The notes beneath the pieces were generated by a model, which was given only the letters and a program-made list of their open reading frames with translations, did no database searches and was not told where the DNA came from. A stretch of 64,000 nt of DNA from an uncultured Planctomycetia bacterium (lineage in GTDB: Bacteria; Planctomycetota; UBA8108): contig CAYMRB010000002.1 in NCBI GenBank assembly GCA_964392615.1, positions 4,243 through 68,242 on the forward strand, in the 5' to 3' direction. Position numbers and translations under genes: made by a program. Position 1 is the stretch's first letter; each line of letters opens with the position of its first letter. Below, piece after piece: positions 54,301 through 61,187 of this stretch.

Positions 54301-54772
54301 CGTCTGGCGCAACGAGGTCCTGGTCGGCGACGCGTTGCCCGAGGATGCCGCGGCAGCGGGTGGCCGGACGGCGGTCTTCCTGATCGACTGCTGCACGAGC
54401 GTCCAGGCGCAAGGCGAGTTCGACTACGTGTGCTGGGACGCGACCGGCGCCTACGCCCCCGGTGACGGCGGCGAGGAGCGGCCGCAGTTCCGTCGCGGCG
54501 ATGCCGACGCGAGCGGTCTCCTTCAGCTCAACGATGCGATCTTCGTGTTCAACTTCCTGTTCCTCGGCGGCCCGGACACGACGTGTCAGGAGGCCGCCGA
54601 CGCGGACAATAACAACCGGGTCGAGCTGACCGACGGTATCCGCGTGCTGAACTTCCTGTTCACCGGCGGACCGCCGCCTGTCGATCCCGGCCCGACCGAC
54701 TGCGGCACCGATTCCGACGCGCCGGGCTCGCCGGGTGATCTCGGCTGCGTCGAGTACGAAGCCTGTCCCTGA
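51317..54772 (+). CDS. Giant secreted repeat protein B: 3 copies of the module, 4 FN3 domains and a dockerin-like tail
   Basis: AAAGGAAA precedes the ATG at 51317. Signal peptide MSIPRRLLAVSIGFVLTMPCYAG. FN3 pairs lie between the modules (for example LDWDDNTDDEFVCYALYRSEDAGGP...GTTYHYVVRAVDANDNESD). Confidence 0.8.
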   Translation: MSIPRRLLAVSIGFVLTMPCYAGFERAESIDFEHFLEFEDDGVLPSAEGLADGWLEDAVWNIDGDTPPMLSVADGLLRFQSVPAGQQSITMWGGSAWETEVTPETSYTMEVRVRVLAAGGAQPGVVLWLANGQRRLILRVGVDGLFTWGGEQLDAGDNSTDFVTIRVAYHAASATYWVWRNDVLVGNRVPDSGAAAQGRTAVFLIDCCTSVEVEGELDWVRWDATEAFAPPADPDDETAPPAPTGLAAVGEDGRVLLDWDDNTDDEFVCYALYRSEDAGGPFDLVDDALFTSEAIDTDVANGTTYHYVVRAVDANDNESDESNEANATPSSGVDVTAPEMPVGLIATSRGGAIFLDWNDNLEGDLAGYIVSRSEVAGGPYAVLADDVTISEFEDDAVAAQTRYYYIVAAYDDADNASDPTPEVSSIVTIGIDDEIEKEAEDFPHKLLFDVDGLLPTEEGADDGWTMEAFNIGEGAAPPSVDVVDGHLAFETVLAGQWSLTNNGGAWTAEIDPTVSYTFEVAIRVTAASGGVPGAVMWLANGQERLVLVIGTDSVSTWSGTQLHEGDNSTEFVSFRIAYDAASGLYFVWRDGALIGTEIPADAADGRTALFLLDCCSTVQAAGEVDYVCWDASGAYWPPVDEGDVTAPDAPTGLAAVAEESRVTLSWEENSEPDLGSYQVGRSEDSGGPYEIIAETGATSYDDEAVVNGTTYFYVVYAVDVNRNVSDPSDEVEATPEEGVDLTAPAAPTGLRAVVTQFAEVALSWNLGPEFDLDTYNVYRSETAGGPYDIIAEALSFFEASYTDDAVDLGTTYYYVVTAVDVSGNESEYSAEESATPEEFEGFPERDAMTFAHKLLFEDDGVLPSVEGADDGWAEDAAWNIGGDVAPSLDVVDGLLQFESVLPGQQSIKLEAGSAWAAEVDPETSYTFEVGLRMIATDAPNPGASLWFANGGTRLILRVDLNGLYTWSGQQLSDEDNTADFVALRVAYDAARGVYFVWRNEVLVGDALPEDAAAAGGRTAVFLIDCCTSVQAQGEFDYVCWDATGAYAPGDGGEERPQFRRGDADASGLLQLNDAIFVFNFLFLGGPDTTCQEAADADNNNRVELTDGIRVLNFLFTGGPPPVDPGPTDCGTDSDAPGSPGDLGCVEYEACP
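51410..52009 (+). repeat. Repeat module copy B1
   Basis: FEHFLEFEDDGVLPSAEGLADGW ... GSAWETEV ... SYTMEV ... RRLILRVGVDG ... YWVWRNDVLVGN ... FLIDCCTSVE ... ELDWVRWDATEAFAPP. Confidence 0.85.
52640..53230 (+). repeat. Repeat module copy B2
   Basis: FPHKLLFDVDGLLPTEEGADDGW ... GGAWTAEI ... SYTFEV ... LHEGDNSTEFVSFRIAYD ... YFVWRDGALIG ... FLLDCCSTVQ ... EVDYVCWDASGAYWPP. Confidence 0.85.
53864..54460 (+). repeat. Repeat module copy B3
   Basis: FAHKLLFEDDGVLPSVEGADDGW ... GSAWAAEV ... SYTFEV ... TRLILRVDLNG ... YFVWRNEVLVGD ... FLIDCCTSVQ ... EFDYVCWDATGAYAP. Confidence 0.85.
54488..54769 (+). other. Dockerin-like double EF-hand module with a Cys-rich tail (C-terminus of giant protein B)
   Basis: RRGDADASGLLQLNDAIFVFNFLFLGGPDTTCQEAADADNNNRVELTDGIRVLNFLFTGGPPPVDPGPTDCGTDSDAPGSPGDLGCVEYEACP. 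Confidence 0.7.
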
Positions 54773-54799
54773 TTCGGCCGCCGTTGCAGAGCGATCGCG

Positions 54800-57700
54800 A
54801 TGGCCGTGATCGATCCTACGAGAATCGATAGCGACATGAACAGCCCCCACGAGAACCTCCTGATCTCGACCGGTCCGAGCCGGATCGTCGCGGCTGTCGT
54901 GACCGCTCTGCTTCTTCCATGCGTGCCGTCACTGGCCGACGACCCGGTTATCACCGAGTTCCTCGCCGCCAACTCGAGCTCGCTTCGCGACAGCGACGGG
55001 GACACGTCTGACTGGATCGAGATCCACAATCCCGGCGCCGAGAGCGTTGAGCTCGGCGGGTGGCGCCTGACGGATGACAGCCTGCTCCTGAAGTGGGCGT
55101 TCCCCGATCTCGAGCTGCCCGCCGACGCACGCCTCGTGGTCTTCGCCTCTGGGAAAGACCGGACGGATACGGGAGACGGTGGGGCGGTCGTCGACAGCGG
55201 TCGCGATTCGTCGACCTTCGCCCACCGCCTCGAGTTCGACGATGACGGCGTGCTGCCATCGGTCGAGGGGGGCGACGATGGTTGGCGTGAGGACGCTGCG
55301 TGGAACGTCGGCGGGCCTCCGCCGAGTCTCGACGTTGCCGATGGCCTCCTGGCATTCGAGTCGGTCCTCTCCGGCCAACAGGCGATCACGATGCCGGGCG
55401 GGTCGGCATGGGAGGCGGGAATCGACGCGGGGACGTCGTACACGTTCGAGGTGCGGCTGCGAGTCGTCTCGTCCGGCGGCGCGAACCCCGGCGCGATCAT
55501 CTGGTTGGCCAACGGCGAGGAGCGGCTGATTCTCCGCGTCGAGGAGAACGGCGTCAGCACGTGGTCGGGAATCGACCTCGATCCCGACGGACGCGACAAC
55601 GCCACCGAACTCGTCGCGTTTCGAGTCGCCTATGACGCGACCGACGGCCTGTACACCGTCTGGCGCGACGGCGTGCTCCTCGGCGATGATGTTCCGTCTG
55701 ACGGCGCAGCGAGCGGCGGCCGCACGGCGGTCTACCTGATCGATTGCTGCTCGAGCGTGCAAGTCGCGGGCGAGCTCGACTGGGTGCGCTGGGACGCGAC
55801 GGGGGCCTATCCCCCTCCCGGTGCCGGCGGCGGAGTCGACCTGCCGGAGCTGCACACGAACTTCTCTCTGTCGTCGAGCGGCGAGTACCTCGCGCTCGTC
55901 TCGCCCGACGGGACGCGCGTGTCGACGGAGTTCGCACCGTCATTTCCACTGCAGCGACGTGACGTGTCCTACGGTCCGGATGGTTACTACCTGACGCCCA
56001 CACCGGGCGCGCCGAACGGTACGGCCGTCGCCGGTTTCACGGCGGACCCCGAGTTCAGCCGGGCGCGCGGCTTCTACGACGCGTCGTTCGACCTCGCGTT
56101 GTCGACCGCGACGCCGGGAGCCTCGATTCGCTACACGGTCGACGGCAGCAAGCCGAGCGCCGACGACGGGCTGCTCTACTCGGGCCCGATCGAGGTGACG
56201 ACGACGACCTGCGTCCGCGCGATCGCATTCGCCGAGGGGTTCGCATCGTCGAAAGCGATCACCCACAGCTACCTGTTTCTCGAGGACGTGCTGCGGCAGA
56301 CCGGCGCCGGGTTTCCGGTCGATCCGGATTGGGACTACGACATGGACCCGAACGTCGTCGACGACCCGCGATACGCCGACGGCATGATCGGCGCGTTGCG
56401 CTCGCTGCCGACGCTGTCCCTGGCGCTACCGGTCGAGGACATGTTCGGGCCGAGCGGCATCCACGCGAACCCGACGCAGGGAGGCTTCGCGTGGGAGCGT
56501 GAGACTTCTGCGGAGTGGATTCTACCGGACGGCACGACCGCGTTTCAGGTCGACTGCGGCGTGCGGATCCAGGGCGCGGGCAGTCGTTTCCGGTCTCTCG
56601 GCAAGAAGTCATTCCGTCTGGCGTTCCGCAGCCGATACGGTCCCGGCAAGCTCGAGTATCCGATCTTCGGCTTCGACGCTGCCGATGAGTTCGACACGCT
56701 GGTCGTGCGCGGCAACTACTTCGACACGTGGAGCGTGCATACGTCAGGCGACGGCGAGACGATCGGCTGGGAGGCCGCGCTGCTGTTCCGCGATCCGTTC
56801 GGTTACATCAGCCAAGCGGACAGCGGCCACACCACGCTGCACGGCACCTGGGTGCATCTGTACATCGACGGGCTGTACTGGGGGGTGTACAACGTCACGG
56901 AGCGTCCCGACGAGGAGTTCGCCGCGTCCTATTTCGGCGGTGATCCGGAAGACTACGACGTCCTCAAGCAGCGCCCGCGCGGCGCCGGAAACGGCAGCCC
57001 CCCCGATCTCGTCAGCGGCGATCGGGCCGGGTGGAACGAGCTTCGCGATCTGGTCCTGGACGACATCGCGTCGTCGGAGGTCTATGCGGAGGTCGGTGAG
57101 CGCCTCGATCTCGGCGCGTTTGCAGACTACCTGATCCTGAACCTGTGGGGCGGCAATCAGGACTGGCCGCACAACAATTGGTACGCGATCCGCGACGCCG
57201 AAGACGGCACGCCTTTTCGTTTCATCGCGTGGGACACGGAGAACTTCATCTTCCGGCTCAATGAGTCCGGCAAGCTCAATACGAGCGTCGACCACTCTCC
57301 GGGCATCCTGTACAGCCGGCTGCGGACGAACGAGGAATTCCGCGTGCTGTTCGGCGACCACGCGCACCGCTTGCTGTTTCACGGTGGAGCGTTCACGCCC
57401 GAGAGCGCGAGCGAGCGCTTTTCCGCCATCGCCGACGAGATACGCGACGCGATGGACGGCGAAGCCGCGCGCTGGGGCGATACGCGCATCGAACCCCCGC
57501 GCAACCGACTCGACACATGGGAGGTCGTGATCGCCGACAAGCTGGGACGGTACTTCCCGCGGCGAACGGACATCGCGCTGGGGCAGTTCCGATCGATCGG
57601 TCTCTATCCGGACGTCGACGCGCCCGTATACAATCGGCACGGTGGGGCGATCGACCCAGGGTTCGCGTTGCGGGTCTCGGCGCCTGCGGGGACCGTTTGG

Positions 57701-59239
57701 CTCACGCTGGATGGAAGCGATCCACGTCTGCCCGGCGGCTCGGTGTCCCCGAGTGCCACTGAGGTCGGTACGGAAGGCGCGGCGCTCCTGAACGCCGGTG
57801 CGCCGGCGCGGGCTCTCGTACCCACGGACGGCGCGCTCGGAGTCGAATGGACCCACCTAGCGTTCGACGACGCGACATGGCTCTCGGGAGCTACCGGCGT
57901 CGGCTTCGAGCGCTCGAGCGGCTTCGAGGACCTCATCGGACTCGACGTCGAAACGCAGGCGTGGAACGTCAACGAGACGGTGTACGTCCGCGTGCCTTTC
58001 GAGCTCGATGGCGATCCGGCGGCCGTCGGCCTCCTGACCCTGCGGATGCAGTACGACGACGGATTCGTCGCCTACCTGAACGGCACCGAGATCGCGTCGC
58101 GCAACGCGCCCGACGACCTGACGTGGAATTCGGGAGCGACGCGTGGTCACACGGACAGCGCCGCAACCGTGTTCGAGAGCATCGACGTCAGCGAGCACGT
58201 GGACGCGCTGCGACGAGGAACGAACGTCTTGGCGATCCACGGTCTCAATTCCGGCGTCAACTCGAGCGATCTCCTGTTCGTGCCGGAGATCAACGCGGTT
58301 CGCTTGGGCGGTGTCGGTCTGGTCTTGGACCGTACGACGATCGCGCGATCCCGTGCGCGTGCCGGCGACGAGTGGAGCGCGCTGCACGAAGCGACCTTCG
58401 TCGTCGATTCCTCGGTGCTCCGAATCACGGAGATCATGTACCACCCGCGGCCTGCGCCGGTGCTCCCTGACGATCCGCCCGGCGGGAGTCCGTTCTCCGA
58501 CGACGATTTCGAGTTCATCGAGCTTCGCAACGTCGGGGACGTGCCGATCAATCTCGTCGGCATGCGGTTCGTCTCCGGGATCGAGTTCACGTTCCCGGCG
58601 GGCAGTCAGGACCCGGCCGATGACTTGCAGCCGGGCGAGTTCGTGCTCGTCGTCGAGAATCTGGAGGCGTTCCGTTCGCGTTACGACGTGACGGACCTCT
58701 ACATCGCCGGGCAGTATCGCGGCAACCTCGACAACGACGGCGAGTCCATCGTCCTCGTCGACGCCCTCGGACGGTTGACCCTCGACTTCGTCTACAGCGA
58801 CAACTGGCATCGCATCACGGATGGTCTCGGGCGCTCGCTCGAGATCATCGATGCCACCGCACCGCCCGAGACGTGGGGGCTGCGCACGTCCTGGAGCGCG
58901 AGCGAGGTCGACGACGGCACTCCGGGTACCGGGCCGGATCTCATCGACGGTGGCCTGCAACGTCCGGGCGACATCAACCAGGACGGAAACGTCGACATCT
59001 CAGACGGGGTCGGCCTCCTGGGCCACCTGTTCGGCGGCGCGTTGCCGGTCCTGCCGTGTGGCGACGGTACGGTACGAGACGCGGCGAACCGCGCGCTTCT
59101 CGATGGCTCCGGCGACGGTTCCGTCGATCTGTCGGATGCCGTCTATCTCCTCAACTACTTGTTCCAGGGCGGTCCGCCTCACGCGGGCGGCGTCGAATGC
59201 GTTTCGGTTTCCGGTTGCCCGCGCGGTTGCGATTCGTAA
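54800..59239 (+). CDS. CotH-family protein with N- and C-terminal lamin-tail domains (LTD), one inserted repeat module, a chitobiase/hexosaminidase-C-like domain and a dockerin-like tail
   Basis: LTD 1: VITEFLAANSSSLRDSDGDTSDWIEIHNPGAESVELGGWRLTDD ... LVVFASGKDR [module] ELHTNFSLSSSGEYLALVSPDG. CotH core: ETSAEWILPDGTTAFQVDCGVRIQGAGSRFRSLGKKSFRLAFRSRYG ... LVVRGNYFD ... VHLYIDGLYWGVYNVTERPDEEF. LTD 2: LRITEIMYHP...FEFIELRNVGDVPINLVGMRF...GEFVLVV...NLDNDGESIVLVDALG. An alternative start is MNSPHE at 54836. Confidence 0.8.
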   Translation: MAVIDPTRIDSDMNSPHENLLISTGPSRIVAAVVTALLLPCVPSLADDPVITEFLAANSSSLRDSDGDTSDWIEIHNPGAESVELGGWRLTDDSLLLKWAFPDLELPADARLVVFASGKDRTDTGDGGAVVDSGRDSSTFAHRLEFDDDGVLPSVEGGDDGWREDAAWNVGGPPPSLDVADGLLAFESVLSGQQAITMPGGSAWEAGIDAGTSYTFEVRLRVVSSGGANPGAIIWLANGEERLILRVEENGVSTWSGIDLDPDGRDNATELVAFRVAYDATDGLYTVWRDGVLLGDDVPSDGAASGGRTAVYLIDCCSSVQVAGELDWVRWDATGAYPPPGAGGGVDLPELHTNFSLSSSGEYLALVSPDGTRVSTEFAPSFPLQRRDVSYGPDGYYLTPTPGAPNGTAVAGFTADPEFSRARGFYDASFDLALSTATPGASIRYTVDGSKPSADDGLLYSGPIEVTTTTCVRAIAFAEGFASSKAITHSYLFLEDVLRQTGAGFPVDPDWDYDMDPNVVDDPRYADGMIGALRSLPTLSLALPVEDMFGPSGIHANPTQGGFAWERETSAEWILPDGTTAFQVDCGVRIQGAGSRFRSLGKKSFRLAFRSRYGPGKLEYPIFGFDAADEFDTLVVRGNYFDTWSVHTSGDGETIGWEAALLFRDPFGYISQADSGHTTLHGTWVHLYIDGLYWGVYNVTERPDEEFAASYFGGDPEDYDVLKQRPRGAGNGSPPDLVSGDRAGWNELRDLVLDDIASSEVYAEVGERLDLGAFADYLILNLWGGNQDWPHNNWYAIRDAEDGTPFRFIAWDTENFIFRLNESGKLNTSVDHSPGILYSRLRTNEEFRVLFGDHAHRLLFHGGAFTPESASERFSAIADEIRDAMDGEAARWGDTRIEPPRNRLDTWEVVIADKLGRYFPRRTDIALGQFRSIGLYPDVDAPVYNRHGGAIDPGFALRVSAPAGTVWLTLDGSDPRLPGGSVSPSATEVGTEGAALLNAGAPARALVPTDGALGVEWTHLAFDDATWLSGATGVGFERSSGFEDLIGLDVETQAWNVNETVYVRVPFELDGDPAAVGLLTLRMQYDDGFVAYLNGTEIASRNAPDDLTWNSGATRGHTDSAATVFESIDVSEHVDALRRGTNVLAIHGLNSGVNSSDLLFVPEINAVRLGGVGLVLDRTTIARSRARAGDEWSALHEATFVVDSSVLRITEIMYHPRPAPVLPDDPPGGSPFSDDDFEFIELRNVGDVPINLVGMRFVSGIEFTFPAGSQDPADDLQPGEFVLVVENLEAFRSRYDVTDLYIAGQYRGNLDNDGESIVLVDALGRLTLDFVYSDNWHRITDGLGRSLEIIDATAPPETWGLRTSWSASEVDDGTPGTGPDLIDGGLQRPGDINQDGNVDISDGVGLLGHLFGGALPVLPCGDGTVRDAANRALLDGSGDGSVDLSDAVYLLNYLFQGGPPHAGGVECVSVSGCPRGCDS
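55217..55816 (+). repeat. Repeat module copy C1 (inserted within the N-terminal LTD of the CotH-family protein)
   Basis: FAHRLEFDDDGVLPSVEGGDDGW ... GSAWEAGI ... SYTFEV ... ERLILRVEENG ... YTVWRDGVLLGDD ... YLIDCCSSVQ ... ELDWVRWDATGAYPP. Confidence 0.85.
58955..59236 (+). other. Dockerin-like double EF-hand module with a Cys-rich tail (C-terminus of the CotH-family protein)
   Basis: PGDINQDGNVDISDGVGLLGHLFGGALPVLPCGDGTVRDAANRALLDGSGDGSVDLSDAVYLLNYLFQGGPPHAGGVECVSVSGCPRGCDS. Confidence 0.75.
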
Positions 59240-59324
59240 ACTCGTAGCTCGCCTCCTGCCGCGAGATGCCGGGCCCGAGCCATCGGGTCGAACGTTGCGC
59301 TGCCCTGACCTGCCGAGAATCGAC

Positions 59325-60263
59325 ATGCCGAAGCTGACTGGACTGATCGCAGCCACGTACACACCGATGCACGCCGACGGCCGCTTGGCGCTGGACAAGG
59401 TCGACGAGCTGGCCGAGCGGCTTATCGCAGACGGCGTGTCAGGCGCGTTCCTGTGCGGAACGACCGGCGAGTTCGCGTCGTTGACCGCGGTGGAGCGCGC
59501 GGCGGTCTGCGAGCGCTGGGTCGCGGCTACCGCTGGGCGCATCGCAGTGATCGCGCACGTCGGCGGCACCTGTGCGCAGCAATCCAAGGCGCTGGCGTCT
59601 CGAGCGCAGATGGCCGGTGTGGACGCGATCGCGTGCATCGCGCCGTACTTCTTCAAGCCGAGGACCGTCGAGGATCTCGTCGCGTACTGTGCCGAGGTCG
59701 CCGCCGCGGCACCGGAAGTGCCGTTCTACTATTACCACCTGCCGGCCTTGACCGACGTCGACCTGCCGATGGTCGAGTTCCTCCGCATCGGTGCGGATCG
59801 TATCCCGATGCTCGCAGGCGTGAAGTTCAGCCATAACAACCTGATGGATCTCGCGCAGTGTGTCGCGCTCGACGACGGGCGCTATGATTTGCTGTTCGGC
59901 TGCGATGAGACTCTGCTGAGCGGTCTGGCCTTCGGCTGTGAGGGCGCGGTCGGCACGACGTACGGCTTCGCGGCACCGCTCTACCATCGGATCATCGACG
60001 CGTTCGCGGCGGGCGACGTCGCGACGGCGCAGCGGCTCCAACTTCGCTCGATCGAGTGGGTGAGCATCTTCGTCCGCTTCGGCGGCCATCGCGCGATGAA
60101 GGCTGTCATGAAGCTGAGCGGCATCGATTGCGGACCGGTCCGGCCGCCGCTCGCTCCCCTGTCCGACGAGGAGTACGAAGAGCTCACGAACGAGCTGACG
60201 GCCGCCGGATTCGACGAGGCTCGGGCGAGCGCGCCCGCATGCCCGCGCAGCGAGGCGGTCTGA
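59325..60263 (+). CDS. nanA: N-acetylneuraminate lyase (DHDPS/NAL family)
   Basis: GTTGEFASLT, the Tyr block YYYHLPALTDV (NAL-type IPAL/LPAL rather than the DHDPS-type NVPxRT) and the Schiff-base Lys in LAGVKFSHNNL. I trimmed the start from 58821 to MPKLTGLIAATYTP (59325). The call is supported by the sialic-acid locus context. Confidence 0.75.
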   Translation: MPKLTGLIAATYTPMHADGRLALDKVDELAERLIADGVSGAFLCGTTGEFASLTAVERAAVCERWVAATAGRIAVIAHVGGTCAQQSKALASRAQMAGVDAIACIAPYFFKPRTVEDLVAYCAEVAAAAPEVPFYYYHLPALTDVDLPMVEFLRIGADRIPMLAGVKFSHNNLMDLAQCVALDDGRYDLLFGCDETLLSGLAFGCEGAVGTTYGFAAPLYHRIIDAFAAGDVATAQRLQLRSIEWVSIFVRFGGHRAMKAVMKLSGIDCGPVRPPLAPLSDEEYEELTNELTAAGFDEARASAPACPRSEAV

Positions 60264-60268
60264 CGGGG

Positions 60269-60296
60269 CCGCAAATCAGCACTATCCGTGCTGCGG
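60269..60296. terminator. Candidate bidirectional stem-loop between convergent genes
   Basis: In CCGCAaatcAGCACtatccGTGCTGCGG, AGCAC/GTGCT forms a perfect 5-bp stem, extended by GCGG/CCGC across a bulge. There is no U-tract. Confidence 0.3.
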
Positions 60297-60304
60297 ACGG
60301 CGGT

Positions 60305-61042
60305 TCAATCGCCCACCAGCGGCGCGGTCTGCTCCTGGCTCGTGATGCCCGGCGGCAGCTCGAGGATGCGGATGTTGCGGAAGTGGATCTCGGCGCCTTC
60401 GGACTCGAGGCACAGATAGCCCTTCTTGACCGACGCGTTGCGTACTCCGTTGACGAACTTGCCGTTGACGGACAGCTTGACGACTCCGTCGACGCAGACG
60501 ACGTCGTACACGTTCCACTCGCCCCGGCCCTTGCAGCGGTTCTCGATCGACTTGCTGCGGCTGCCGCGCGGGTTGTCCGGGGTCGCCTTCAGGCCGCCGG
60601 CGCCGAAGAGCTCGCCGTGCACGTAGGCGATCGGCGGCAGCGAGCCGTCCTTGCGCTTGTGGCGGTTGACCCAGTCGAGCTCGAGCATCTGGACCTCGAG
60701 TCCCTTCGGTAGCCGGCGACCTTTCGGTACCGTGCCGGTGCTCCACGCGAAGACGCCGGAGTTGCCGCCCGGCTCCATGTGGCGCCACTCGATGTGCAGG
60801 ATGAAGTTCTCGTACTGCTTCTCGGATCGCATCACGCCGATCGGGCGCCCCTTGCAGACGAGCAGGCCGTCGCGAACGGACCACGTGTCTTCCGCCGTGT
60901 TGACGTTGACCCAGCCCGTCAGGTCCTTGCCGTTGAACAGGCTGCGGAACTGCGGGACATCGGGCTCGGCAGGCGCGCGATCGCCGCCGAGCAGGAAGAT
61001 CACGCCGCCGATCAGCACTGCCGCGATCGCGAGGATTCTCAT
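60305..61042 (-). CDS. DUF1080 (3-keto-disaccharide hydrolase-like) family secreted protein
   Basis: Signal anchor [19 protein letters not shown], then the family blocks [25 protein letters not shown] and [12 protein letters not shown] trimmed the start from 61144. Confidence 0.75.
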   Translation of the reverse strand: MRILAIAAVLIGGVIFLLGGDRAPAEPDVPQFRSLFNGKDLTGWVNVNTAEDTWSVRDGLLVCKGRPIGVMRSEKQYENFILHIEWRHMEPGGNSGVFAWSTGTVPKGRRLPKGLEVQMLELDWVNRHKRKDGSLPPIAYVHGELFGAGGLKATPDNPRGSRSKSIENRCKGRGEWNVYDVVCVDGVVKLSVNGKFVNGVRNASVKKGYLCLESEGAEIHFRNIRILELPPGITSQEQTAPLVGD

Positions 61043-61187
61043 CGTGTCGTCTCCGTTCCTGTCATGACGTTCGGTCGACGCGGTTCGAGGCGTACCGATC
61101 GAGTCCCCAGGGGGGCGACCGCTCCGTCCTGGTCCGGCGCTCATCGTCCGGACCGGGACGGAGTGATCGATCGGCCGCGCGAGGCGA

